Source of the DNA: Clostridia bacterium
GTDB taxonomy: Bacteria; Bacillota; Clostridia; Saccharofermentanales; UBA5734
DNA: 64,000 nucleotides
Reading direction: 5' to 3'
NCBI GenBank assembly: GCA_040772685.1
Contig: JAXGXQ010000002.1
Span: 48,798 to 112,797 of the forward strand
Positions 48,730-59,017 of the stretch are shown in pieces; position 1 is the first letter of the stretch, and each line of letters begins with the position of its first letter. Position numbers and translations under genes: made by a program. Under the pieces are notes generated by a model that saw only the letters and a program-made list of their open reading frames with translations, was not told where the DNA came from and did not search any database.

Positions 48730-50139
48730 ATGGAGCAGTTATTTGACCTGGCGATTCTCGGCGGTGGCCCCGGGGGCTATGTTGCCGCAATCCGCGCCGG
48801 CCAGCTGGGGTTGAAAACCGTTTTAATTGAAGCGGATCTGCTGGGCGGCACCTGCCTTAATCGTGGTTGTATCCCTACGAAATCGTTGTTGCATGCTGCG
48901 GAAGTTTACCAAAATGCAGTGCATAGCGAAACCTTCGGGATCAATACTGGAGAAGTAAGCTTTGATTACGCTCGCATTGCTGCCCGCAAGGATAAAGTGG
49001 TTGATCAACTGCGCCGCGGTGTAAATCAGCTGGTCAAGTCCAACGGCGGCACAATTCTCCACGGCTACGGCACAATTATTGATGCCGGGACAATTTCAGT
49101 CAGCGGCAAAGATGCCGGTACTGTTAAGGCAAATAAGATTATCATCGCTACCGGGTCTAAACCGTTTATTCCGCCTGTCCCAGGTGCCGACGGCTCGCGT
49201 GTTCTGGACAGCAATAAACTGCTGGCCCTTACAGAGTGCCCTGCCAGCCTGACAATTATTGGCGGCGGTGTAATTGGTATGGAGTTTGCTTCGCTGTTTC
49301 AGCAGCTGAATGTGCCGGTGACTGTTCTGGAAATGATGCCGGAGATCCTGCCGGAAGTTGATATTGAAGTGGCCCGGATTTTACGCAAATCGCTTCAGCG
49401 TCAGGGCGCGGCAATTTTTACCAGCGCGAAAGTCACAGCTATCGAATCCGGTGAACATAACGCGACTTGCAGTTTTGAACTGGCGGGCGAAACCAAAACA
49501 GTCACCAGTGAACTGGTTTTGATCGCCATTGGCCGCCGGCCGCAATCCGCAGATATCGGTTTGGAAAATATTGGCATAGAAACTGTAAAGGGAGCCATTC
49601 CGGTCAACGATCAGATGGAGACTACAGTGCCGGGAGTATACGCAGTCGGTGATGTCACCGGCAAAATTATGCTGGCGCATGTCGCTACGGAGCAGGGAAC
49701 TGTGGCAGCTGAAAACGCCGCCGGCGGCAAGGCCAGGATGAAATACAACATAGTGCCGAACTGTATCTATACTTACCCGGAAATTGCCTGCATTGGCATT
49801 TCGGAAGAAAAGGCAAAAAGTCAAGGCATCGCAACCAAAGTCGGACGTTTTCCTGTGGCTGCCAATGGCAAGGCTATGCTGGCTAACGACACAGAAGGTG
49901 TCTGCAAACTGGTTAGCGATGCCGCCACCGGCGAGTTACTGGGCGCCCAGATAATCGGCCCCAAGGCAACCGAGCTGATTTCCGGGCTGGGAGTTTCAAT
50001 GACTCTGGAAACAACAATAGCTGAAATCGGCGCAACTATTCACCCGCATCCCACAGTAAGTGAAATGATCGCGGAAGCCGCGCTGGATACAGCCAATCGT
50101 GCTCTGCACTACTTTCGACGGCAGCATAAGCAGGAGTAA
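48730..50139 (+). CDS. lpdA: Dihydrolipoyl dehydrogenase (E3), cluster B
   Basis: GGGPGG, GGTCLNRGCIPTK, GGGVIG, HPHPTVSE. Confidence 0.95.
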   Translation: MEQLFDLAILGGGPGGYVAAIRAGQLGLKTVLIEADLLGGTCLNRGCIPTKSLLHAAEVYQNAVHSETFGINTGEVSFDYARIAARKDKVVDQLRRGVNQLVKSNGGTILHGYGTIIDAGTISVSGKDAGTVKANKIIIATGSKPFIPPVPGADGSRVLDSNKLLALTECPASLTIIGGGVIGMEFASLFQQLNVPVTVLEMMPEILPEVDIEVARILRKSLQRQGAAIFTSAKVTAIESGEHNATCSFELAGETKTVTSELVLIAIGRRPQSADIGLENIGIETVKGAIPVNDQMETTVPGVYAVGDVTGKIMLAHVATEQGTVAAENAAGGKARMKYNIVPNCIYTYPEIACIGISEEKAKSQGIATKVGRFPVAANGKAMLANDTEGVCKLVSDAATGELLGAQIIGPKATELISGLGVSMTLETTIAEIGATIHPHPTVSEMIAEAALDTANRALHYFRRQHKQE

Positions 50140-50217
50140 ACTTGCTACATCAGACTGGTATGCCTAAAATAATAAAGAAAAATAACAAATAAATAACTAC
50201 AAAAGTGAGGGAAAAGT

Positions 50218-50958
50218 ATGGGAAATCTCGATGGAAAAATCGCAATCGTCACCGGTGCCGCCCAGGGTATTGGCAAGGCTTCGGCAGTTGCTTTCGCGCG
50301 TGAAGGCGCACGCGGTATTGTTATAGCCGATATGAATCTGCCCAAATCAGAAGCAGTCAGCAAAGAAATTACTTCAACTTACGGCTGTGAATGTATCGCT
50401 GTTAAATGCAACATTATTGATGAAGCTGACATCAAAAACCTGATTGATACAACACTGGAAAAATTCGGCACCATCGACATTCTGGTCAACAGCGCCGGCA
50501 TCTGCCCGCTCGCGACGATTGAGGATGTTGGCTCTGACGAATGGGATGTTGTAATAGATATCGACCTCAAGGGTGCCTACCTGGTAACCCGCGCCGCATT
50601 CCTGGTTATGAAGGAAAAAGGCAGCGGGAAAATTGTTAACTTGTCCTCAATGGCCGGCCGTCAGGGCGGTATCACCTCTGGCGTGCACTATTCCACAGCC
50701 AAGGGCGGGATCATCACCATGACCAAACAATTTGCCAAAGCCGGTGCTGCATACAACATCAACGTCAACGGTGTTGCCCCCGGTCTGATCGCAACAGATA
50801 TGACGGCCACCTTTGGCTACAAGAATGAACAGGTTCCGTTAGGCCGCCTGGGCACAGCCGAGGATGTTGCCAATGCCATTGAGTTCCTGGTCTCAGAACG
50901 TTCCAGTTACATTACCGGCTGCACGATTGATGTCAACGGCGGTATGCTGATGACCTGA
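50218..50958 (+). CDS. SDR family oxidoreductase, cluster B
   Basis: TGAAQGIG, NSAG, YSTAK. Confidence 0.92.
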   Translation: MGNLDGKIAIVTGAAQGIGKASAVAFAREGARGIVIADMNLPKSEAVSKEITSTYGCECIAVKCNIIDEADIKNLIDTTLEKFGTIDILVNSAGICPLATIEDVGSDEWDVVIDIDLKGAYLVTRAAFLVMKEKGSGKIVNLSSMAGRQGGITSGVHYSTAKGGIITMTKQFAKAGAAYNINVNGVAPGLIATDMTATFGYKNEQVPLGRLGTAEDVANAIEFLVSERSSYITGCTIDVNGGMLMT

Positions 50959-50989
50959 TCAACCCAGAATATTTGCGGAGGACCGGATA

Positions 50990-51577
50990 ATGCCAACTTC
51001 AACAAAACAACAGGAATTCAGCCGTTTTACTGTTAATCAAGATGACACAGTCCTGTTAATTATCGACATTCAAGAACGCCTGGCGCCAGTTATTTACGAG
51101 CAGGAGCAGGTGATCGCGAATACTGTGGTTTTGGCGAAGACAGCAGCGGAGATGAACCTGCCTGTTATAGTGACTGAACAGTATCCACGCGGCCTTGGCT
51201 CTACAGTTCCGGAGATTTCAACTGTGCTGGCGGAGAACCTGCCTGAAGCACAGAACTTTGCCAAAATGGAATTTTCCGCCTGTACTCCGGAAGTATGTGC
51301 TGCTTTGGCTGCTACCGGCCGCCGCAAGGTTATAATTACCGGCATGGAAACTCACGTTTGCGTCTTCCAAACCACCCGCCAGCTGCTGTCTTCAGGATAT
51401 GAAGTATTCATAGCCCGCGATGCTGTTAGCTCACGCACCGCAGTTAACCGTGAAAACGGCTTGCAGTTGATGGCCGCCATGGGAGCTGTAATCAGCAACA
51501 CCGAAACTTTGGTGTTTGATTTGTTGGAAGTTTCAGGCACACCGCTGTTCAAGAAGATTTCAAAATTAATCAAATGA
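50990..51577 (+). CDS. Isochorismatase family cysteine hydrolase
   Basis: IIDIQERL, TEQYP.GLG.TV, K..FS, GMETHVCV.QT. Confidence 0.9.
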   Translation: MPTSTKQQEFSRFTVNQDDTVLLIIDIQERLAPVIYEQEQVIANTVVLAKTAAEMNLPVIVTEQYPRGLGSTVPEISTVLAENLPEAQNFAKMEFSACTPEVCAALAATGRRKVIITGMETHVCVFQTTRQLLSSGYEVFIARDAVSSRTAVNRENGLQLMAAMGAVISNTETLVFDLLEVSGTPLFKKISKLIK

Positions 51578-51697
51578 AACCGAAAATCGCTTGCAGTCGC
51601 TGACTCCATCAATTAAGCTGGACATAACTAAATAAGCTGAACATGCCTCCAAGTGATGTTATTTGATTTTATTTATCATTTGAAAGGAGACTGTGAC

Positions 51698-52102
51698 ATG
51701 GCGAAATTAAACGTGATCGAAGGAATTGGCGAGGTTTTAGAACAGAAGCTGAATGACAGCGGCATCAGCTCGGTCGAGGCATTACTGGAAGCAGGAGCAA
51801 CACCTGCCGGCCGCAAAGCCCTGGCAGAAAAATCAGGTATCTCCGATAAGCTCGTGCTCAAGTTTGTCAACCATGCCGATCTGATGCGAATTAAAGGTAT
51901 TGGCGGCGAATACTCTGAATTACTGGAAGCTGCTGGTGTTGACACCGTGCCTGAACTGGCCAACCGTAACCCGGCAAATCTTGTTGCTAAGATGAACGAA
52001 GTGAACGAAGCAAAAAAACTGGTCCGCAGGGTTCCTGTTGAAAGCCAGGTGACTGAGTGGGTCAAGCAGGCCAAGGAACTGCCGCGCAAACTAACCTATT
52101 AA
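51698..52102 (+). CDS. DUF4332 helix-hairpin-helix protein
   Basis: IEGIG and ADLMRIKGIG..Y.ELLEAAGVDTVPELA.RNP; SD aaaggag. Confidence 0.85.
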   Translation: MAKLNVIEGIGEVLEQKLNDSGISSVEALLEAGATPAGRKALAEKSGISDKLVLKFVNHADLMRIKGIGGEYSELLEAAGVDTVPELANRNPANLVAKMNEVNEAKKLVRRVPVESQVTEWVKQAKELPRKLTY

Positions 52103-52191
52103 TGAATCAAATATTTAGCAGGCTATTCGAATTTAGCCAAACTGATACTATAAGGGAACCAGTCGAATTACTGTAAATTAATAGCCCGGTC

Positions 52192-52232
52192 AATGCCGTT
52201 TGTAAATTCTCTTTTTACAAACGGCATTTTTT
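52192..52232 (+). terminator. Intrinsic terminator
   Basis: aatgccgtttgtaaa / tttacaaacggcatt stem followed by a T run. Confidence 0.75.
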
Positions 52233-52311
52233 ATGGAATAATGGCACTACTGTATGGCTCTTTTTATCAGCTGGTACAGACTTTACTTCCCCTTGATCCC
52301 TTAACTTTAAC

Positions 52312-52339
52312 AGCATTTGTAAAGAAATTTACAAATGCT
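52312..52339. promoter_or_regulatory. Perfect 12-4-12 palindrome just upstream of the CotH-operon SD
   Basis: AGCATTTGTAAA-GAAA-TTTACAAATGCT. Confidence 0.6.
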
Positions 52340-52355
52340 CAGTTGGAGCTCTGAA

Positions 52356-55300
52356 ATGCGCAAATCGACTGGTAGTCGTCTGATAGCAATACTGCTCTGT
52401 TGTTCTGTGTTGCTTTTGGCCGGCTGTGATTATATTAAGACTAACTGGCAGACCCCTATGGGCCCGTCATTACCGACAACGGAAGAAAACGGCACTGACA
52501 GCACAAAAGAGCCTGTTCCTTCCCAGTTGCTGATTACCGAAGTAATGAGCAATAACTCCGGCTCTTTGATTCTGGGCGAAAACTTCACTCCGGATTGGAT
52601 TGAAATTTATAATTCCGGTTCAACGCCAGTCAGCCTGACAGGCTATATGCTTTCCGACAGTGCCCGCAATCCAGATAAATTTGTATTTAATACAGGTACA
52701 CTTGCCGCCGGTGCTTATCTTTTGGTTTATGCCGACGGGAATGTCAGCGATATCGGCAGTGAGCCGCTTGTTGCCGCCGCTGCAGCGCTGGGCAGGGAAG
52801 TCGCACCATTTGGGATCGACAGATCTGGCGAGGAACTGTTGCTCACCGGACCGGACGGTAATGTAGCCGACCAGTGGAACGTGCCTGAAATGCCCGCTGA
52901 TATCTCTTATGGCCGTAATGGCCCCAACCCTGACCCAAACAGCCCTAAAGTATTTTTTGCCAACCCGACACCGGGAACCCCAAACAGCACTGACGGCAAA
53001 GAAAAAGCGGAAGAAGCCATTGAACCGGCTGTTACGACTTTGCTGATTAACGAATATTGCAGTTCGAACTCAACATTTTATGACGAACGCGGCGATTATC
53101 CTGATTGGGTTGAGCTATACAATGCCGGAAGGGAAACTGTTGATTTAACAGGCTACATGTTTTCTGACAACCTTTCCCGGATCGATAAATGGACATTCCC
53201 CGAAACTAAAATTGAACCGAAAGCCTATTTGTTATTAATGCTTGTGGGTACCGATCCACTCCGGCCTGCGCCTGCACCCGTTCCACAGACAGGCGGCGAA
53301 GGCGAAAGGGTTGAACGGCGATATGTCGATTTTAAATTGGGGCCGGAGGACGAACAGCTTTTGCTTAGCGATACGCGCGGCCGCCCTGTAGCTGTCGCGA
53401 GCGTTGAAGACTTGCCGTCTAACGTTTCCCATGGGCGTCTGCCGGATAATCCGGAAACCTGGGCTTACTTCCCCCGCCCAACCCCGGGCGAAGCCAATAC
53501 AACCGCCAGCTTTTTCAGCCTGGAAGCTGCCTATTCTCTTGAAGCTAAAACTGTCCTGATTAATGAAGTTTTCGCACAGGATGTTCTAAACCCGGCAACA
53601 CCGGCAAAGGACTGGATTGAACTCTATAATAATACGGATAAACCGCTGGATCTCAACGGCTACGGCCTCAGCGACGATCCGAAGCAGCCTTTCCTGCAAG
53701 TGCTTAATGAGCAGGTTATCAATCCGAAATCAACGCTCGTGATTGAGCCGGATAAATTCGGCATCTCCCCTGATGGCGAAACAATTGTCCTGACCAATCC
53801 CGACGGTTTTGTCGAGGATGCTTTCTCCACGGGGTATCTGAGACCGGGAAACAGCAGCGGCCGCCAATTAACGACGGGAAATGCCGCCGGCGGACTAGAC
53901 CGGTTTTTTTATGTAACCCCCACCCGCGGCAAACTCAACAACACAAATGCATATCTAACCTATTCAGAAATTCCCCGGATTATTGCCATCAAAGCTGCTG
54001 ACTCCGTTGTGGTCGACAACTTGTATATTGATCAGGCGGTCAAAGTGTCATTGACTGTCTCAACGCCTGATACCATCATCTATTACACACTGGACGGAAG
54101 TGAACCGACAACTGCTTCCAGCCGATATGAGGACCCGCTTACAGTCGATAAATCGCTGGTGGTCAAGGCTATTGCACAGCAAAAGGATAATTTACTCAGC
54201 GATACAGCTGTGCGTACATTTCTAAAAGAAAAACCCCATACATTGCCGGTGGTAAGTGTCAGCGGCAACCCTGCAGCAATTCTGGGCAACAACGGGATAC
54301 TGATAAACTCTGAAAATTACAGCGAAGTACCGGCGAATTTTTCTTTTTACGAAGCCGACGGCGTACTGGGCATCAGCGCCAACGCCGGTCTGGAACTGCA
54401 GGGGCAGTACAGTAGGAAGGAAGCCCAGAAATCACTTGAAGTTAAATTCCGAGGCGGCTATGAACGCAGCGACGTGACATATCCGTTTTTCCCTGACTAT
54501 GACGTGAATACTTTCCGGCGGCTTGTGCTGCGCACCTCCGGCCAGGACTGGCAATACACCAAGGTGCGGGATGCCTTTATGACCCGGGTTGTTCAGGAAC
54601 ATGTCGAAGTTGACATGATGGCTGTGCGCAACTGCGTGCTCTATGTCAACGGCAAATATCATGGCCTATATGAAGTGCGCGAAAAAATCGACAAGTTCTA
54701 TATTGAATCACATTATGGCGTTGATCCAGATGAACTGGATTTAATTAAGGGTACTGGCATTGTTATGGCCGGCGACACCAAGGATTATCGGGATCTGCTG
54801 GCATATGTCCGGGCAAATGATATGCGCAATCAAGCTGCCTACCAGAAAGTAATGAACTGGATTGACGCCGAAAGCCTGATGGATTTTGTCATTGTCGAAG
54901 CCTTCTTCAGCAATGCCGACTCGGGCAATAAAAAGTTCTGGCGCCAGCGGTCTGAAGATGGTAAATGGCGTTGGAGTGTTTTCGACCTGGATTGGGCTCT
55001 GTTTCCGACCAGTTTCAAAAATAACCGCCTAAAGGGTGATTTGCTTGACCCAGCCGGGCATGGTACTGGTAACTTCTTCCACACAGTAATCCAAGTCAAA
55101 CTGATGCAGAATCCGGATTTTGAGGAAAGGTTTATTAATCGGTACGCCAATTTCCTCAACACAATTTTTACAACCGAAAATTTGCTCAAGATTCTGGACG
55201 AAAACATCGCAATTGTAGAACCGGAAATGGAACGCCAAATCGCCCGCTGGGGCAAACCTGTCAGCATGGCTGGCTGGCGGAATAACGTCGCGACTCTGCG

Positions 55301-55406
55301 CAGGGTAATATCTGAAATCCGTAAAGTTCAGATTAATTACCTGCAGAATGACTTCAACATCAGCCAGGCCCGCATGAAGCAGCTGTTTCCGCAGGACTTC
55401 CCATGA
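52356..55406 (+). CDS. Lipoprotein with three lamin-tail domains, an FN3-associated/chitobiase-like domain and a C-terminal CotH kinase domain
   Basis: Lipobox LAGC (Cys24); three I[TN]E..DW[IV]E[IL]YN..L.GY..SD repeats; IYYTLDGSEPT; CotH motifs KSLEVKF, VRD, NG.YHGLY..REK, NADSGN, W..FDLD. Confidence 0.88.
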   Translation: MRKSTGSRLIAILLCCSVLLLAGCDYIKTNWQTPMGPSLPTTEENGTDSTKEPVPSQLLITEVMSNNSGSLILGENFTPDWIEIYNSGSTPVSLTGYMLSDSARNPDKFVFNTGTLAAGAYLLVYADGNVSDIGSEPLVAAAAALGREVAPFGIDRSGEELLLTGPDGNVADQWNVPEMPADISYGRNGPNPDPNSPKVFFANPTPGTPNSTDGKEKAEEAIEPAVTTLLINEYCSSNSTFYDERGDYPDWVELYNAGRETVDLTGYMFSDNLSRIDKWTFPETKIEPKAYLLLMLVGTDPLRPAPAPVPQTGGEGERVERRYVDFKLGPEDEQLLLSDTRGRPVAVASVEDLPSNVSHGRLPDNPETWAYFPRPTPGEANTTASFFSLEAAYSLEAKTVLINEVFAQDVLNPATPAKDWIELYNNTDKPLDLNGYGLSDDPKQPFLQVLNEQVINPKSTLVIEPDKFGISPDGETIVLTNPDGFVEDAFSTGYLRPGNSSGRQLTTGNAAGGLDRFFYVTPTRGKLNNTNAYLTYSEIPRIIAIKAADSVVVDNLYIDQAVKVSLTVSTPDTIIYYTLDGSEPTTASSRYEDPLTVDKSLVVKAIAQQKDNLLSDTAVRTFLKEKPHTLPVVSVSGNPAAILGNNGILINSENYSEVPANFSFYEADGVLGISANAGLELQGQYSRKEAQKSLEVKFRGGYERSDVTYPFFPDYDVNTFRRLVLRTSGQDWQYTKVRDAFMTRVVQEHVEVDMMAVRNCVLYVNGKYHGLYEVREKIDKFYIESHYGVDPDELDLIKGTGIVMAGDTKDYRDLLAYVRANDMRNQAAYQKVMNWIDAESLMDFVIVEAFFSNADSGNKKFWRQRSEDGKWRWSVFDLDWALFPTSFKNNRLKGDLLDPAGHGTGNFFHTVIQVKLMQNPDFEERFINRYANFLNTIFTTENLLKILDENIAIVEPEMERQIARWGKPVSMAGWRNNVATLRRVISEIRKVQINYLQNDFNISQARMKQLFPQDFP

Positions 55407-56221
55407 TCGGGCGGCGCGATATCCAGGCAGTGCCCTGCCATGAAGTCTGGCGGCACGAAGATAAGTTCCTGATCGACGAGGTGAACTTTTTTCAGCTTTA
55501 TTGGAAGCTGCGCCCGTTTATGGAAATAGACGCCAACGCAGTTGTTCCGAGTGACAGCATGCTGCCGCCGGAAAACCAGTTTCCGGGCTACCAGGTGCGC
55601 AGCCTCTACTTTGATACACCTGAACGCCATGCCTTATTTGAAAAACTGGCTGGCTTCGACCGACGTGCCAAATACCGGATCCGGATTTATAACGGCACAG
55701 ATACTGTCATAACTCTGGAAAAGAAAATTAAGCGCAATTCGTATTGCCGCAAGGAAAAAACCAGCCTTACCCGGCCCCAGATGGAAGCCCTGATTGCTGG
55801 CGATTACGACTGGCTGCCGCAAATCGGGCCGCTTGGCGAAGAATTGTATGTCGAAATGCGTACTCGCCTCATGCAACCACTGGTGCTGGTGGATTATCAC
55901 CGCATCCCGCTGATCTGGCCGGTTGATGAAATCCGCATTACCTTTGACCGCCATCTTTCAAGCGGTTTATTCCGGACAGATATTTTCGAAGATACTGCTT
56001 CCGTGCATCCGGTTCTGGCACCCGGCCAGGTAATTCTTGAAGTCAAGTACAACCATTTTCTGCCTGATTTTCTGCGCTGCCTGTTGTCCGGACCGCGCAA
56101 TGCGAGCCTGGCAGTCAGTAAATACGCGATGTGCAGCCGCGACATAACAATGTCTGCCTGGGGAGATCCGCAGGACGTTTGGGAACAGGACTGGACCTAC
56201 CCCGTCAAAGGTAATAAATAA
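55403..56221 (+). CDS. VTC (polyphosphate polymerase) domain protein, CYTH-like tunnel fold
   Basis: RHEDKF, YQVRSLYFD, RAKYRIRIY, LEKKIK, IRITFD, ILEVKY, SKY. Confidence 0.88.
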   Translation: MIGRRDIQAVPCHEVWRHEDKFLIDEVNFFQLYWKLRPFMEIDANAVVPSDSMLPPENQFPGYQVRSLYFDTPERHALFEKLAGFDRRAKYRIRIYNGTDTVITLEKKIKRNSYCRKEKTSLTRPQMEALIAGDYDWLPQIGPLGEELYVEMRTRLMQPLVLVDYHRIPLIWPVDEIRITFDRHLSSGLFRTDIFEDTASVHPVLAPGQVILEVKYNHFLPDFLRCLLSGPRNASLAVSKYAMCSRDITMSAWGDPQDVWEQDWTYPVKGNK

Positions 56222-56249
56222 CACAACCAAGTGAAAGGAAAAACGGAAA

Positions 56250-56903
56250 ATGAACGAGCTTTTTAAGCGCTTTGGCGATGTCAATGTTAACCAGCCCCTG
56301 ACTCTGGAGCGAATATTCCTGACATTCGCTGTTACCCTGGTGCTGGCGCTGGTGATGATTCTGGTCTATCGCATAACCTATCAGGGGGTATTGTTCAATA
56401 AGACTTTCACCACGGCGCTGCTGATGGTTTCAATGGTCACAGCACTGGTGATCATGCCAATCAGCTCTAACATCGTGCTTTCACTCGGCATGGTTGGTGC
56501 CTTGTCCATTGTCCGTTTCCGCACCGCACTTAAAGATCCGCTGGATATTGTCTACATGTTCTGGGGGATCGCGATCGGCCTTACTGCCGGTGCCGCGTTT
56601 TACCTTCTGGCCATAATCGGCACATTTGTCCTTGCTTTAGTCATGATCTGCGTGGCACTGTTCCCCCAGTTCAGCAGCCGCAAAGCCTATCTGCTGGTTA
56701 TCCGCTACAATCGGGAATTCAGGGGCGAACTGCAAAAGCTGATCCCGCCGTATCGTGTTAAAAGCAAAACCGTCACCCCGCAAAGCGTCGAACTCATTGT
56801 CGAGCTTTCGATCAAGAACCAGGAAAGCCGTTTCCTTGAGCGCCTGCAACAGATGGAAGGCATAATTTCCGCCTCGCTGGTCCGCTACAGCGGCGACTTT
56901 TAA
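56250..56903 (+). CDS. DUF4956 family membrane protein
   Basis: ISSNIVLSLGMVGALSIVRFRTALKDPLD..F.....GL..G; about four TMs plus a small C-terminal soluble domain. Confidence 0.9.
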   Translation: MNELFKRFGDVNVNQPLTLERIFLTFAVTLVLALVMILVYRITYQGVLFNKTFTTALLMVSMVTALVIMPISSNIVLSLGMVGALSIVRFRTALKDPLDIVYMFWGIAIGLTAGAAFYLLAIIGTFVLALVMICVALFPQFSSRKAYLLVIRYNREFRGELQKLIPPYRVKSKTVTPQSVELIVELSIKNQESRFLERLQQMEGIISASLVRYSGDF

Positions 56904-56975
56904 GACCTTGTGAACAGGCTTTGAACACACTATAAAAGCGTGCAAAAGCTTGCAGCGTCGCTTGCATAAGGCTGA

Positions 56976-58121
<1,146 letters not shown>

Positions 58122-58151
58122 ATTCAGTTCAGTAAAGACTAAAAAACACAA

Positions 58152-58184
58152 AGAGCCCTTCGCTGGCAACAGCGGAGGGCTTTT
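58152..58184 (+). terminator. Intrinsic terminator of gap
   Basis: agcccttcgctg-gcaa-cagcggagggct followed by T's. Confidence 0.8.
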
Positions 58185-58319
58185 ACAATAAAAAATAATA
58201 GCATAAACAAAGTGTTAAGAGCGTATCTTACAGCGTGCAGGGAGGCGCCTGTTCCGGTATAATTAAGTAACATACCTTATACCAGGTCACCAAGAATGGA
58301 TATGAAGGGAGCGGTCGAC

Positions 58320-58859
58320 ATGATCATCAACATCAGCGGCAAAGGCATGAAAGTTAGTCCCGAGCTTCAAACCCGAATCGAAGATAAACTGGGGAAATTC
58401 AACCGGATATTCGGAGATGAGGCGGTAGCCAATGTCAAGGTGGTGCCCGAGAAAGATCGAAAACGCATTGAAGTTACGCTCAAAATCAGAAACCACTATT
58501 ACAGGGCTGAAACGCAGGCTGAAGACGCGTTTACGGCGCTCGACCAGACAGTTGAAGTACTGGAAGGTCAAATCCGCAAATACAAGACACGGATTGAAAA
58601 GAAAATAAATGACTATGCCAAGCAGAAAGAGCAGCAGAAAGCCGCTCCACTACCTATCGAGGAGGAAGAACCGTTTGAAGCCCGCATCATGCGCCGGAAA
58701 ACCTTCGAACTGATCCCGATGGATGCGGAAGAAGCCGCAATACAAATGGAAATGCTTGGTCACAGCTTCTTGCTGTTCCTGGATACAGAAACAGACAAGG
58801 TCTGTGCGGTTTATAAACGCCACGACGGCAACTACGGTCTGTTGGAGCCAAATTACTGA
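58320..58859 (+). CDS. hpf: Long ribosome hibernation promoting factor
   Basis: N-terminal HPF fold (LE.QIRKYK) plus C-terminal PM..EEA..QMEMLGH.F..VYKR.DG.YGL. Confidence 0.93.
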   Translation: MIINISGKGMKVSPELQTRIEDKLGKFNRIFGDEAVANVKVVPEKDRKRIEVTLKIRNHYYRAETQAEDAFTALDQTVEVLEGQIRKYKTRIEKKINDYAKQKEQQKAAPLPIEEEEPFEARIMRRKTFELIPMDAEEAAIQMEMLGHSFLLFLDTETDKVCAVYKRHDGNYGLLEPNY

Positions 58860-59017
58860 TTCTGCTTCCGCCTGCCAACCAGTAATAATAGCCAAAGAAT
58901 AATAGCTTAAATTCCGACAGAGGGCGTCATGTGGCGTCCTCTGTTTCGTTTGGCGGATAGCCGCTCGTGAGGTAGAATAATAAGTGCTCGTTTTTGACAG
59001 AGGAGGACCCTTCCCGC

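Noticed and set aside
52356-55406. Calling the CotH protein a spore coat protein
   Set aside because: The lipobox, lamin-tail domains and VTC/DUF4956 context, with no sporulation genes nearby, point to a cell-surface role instead.
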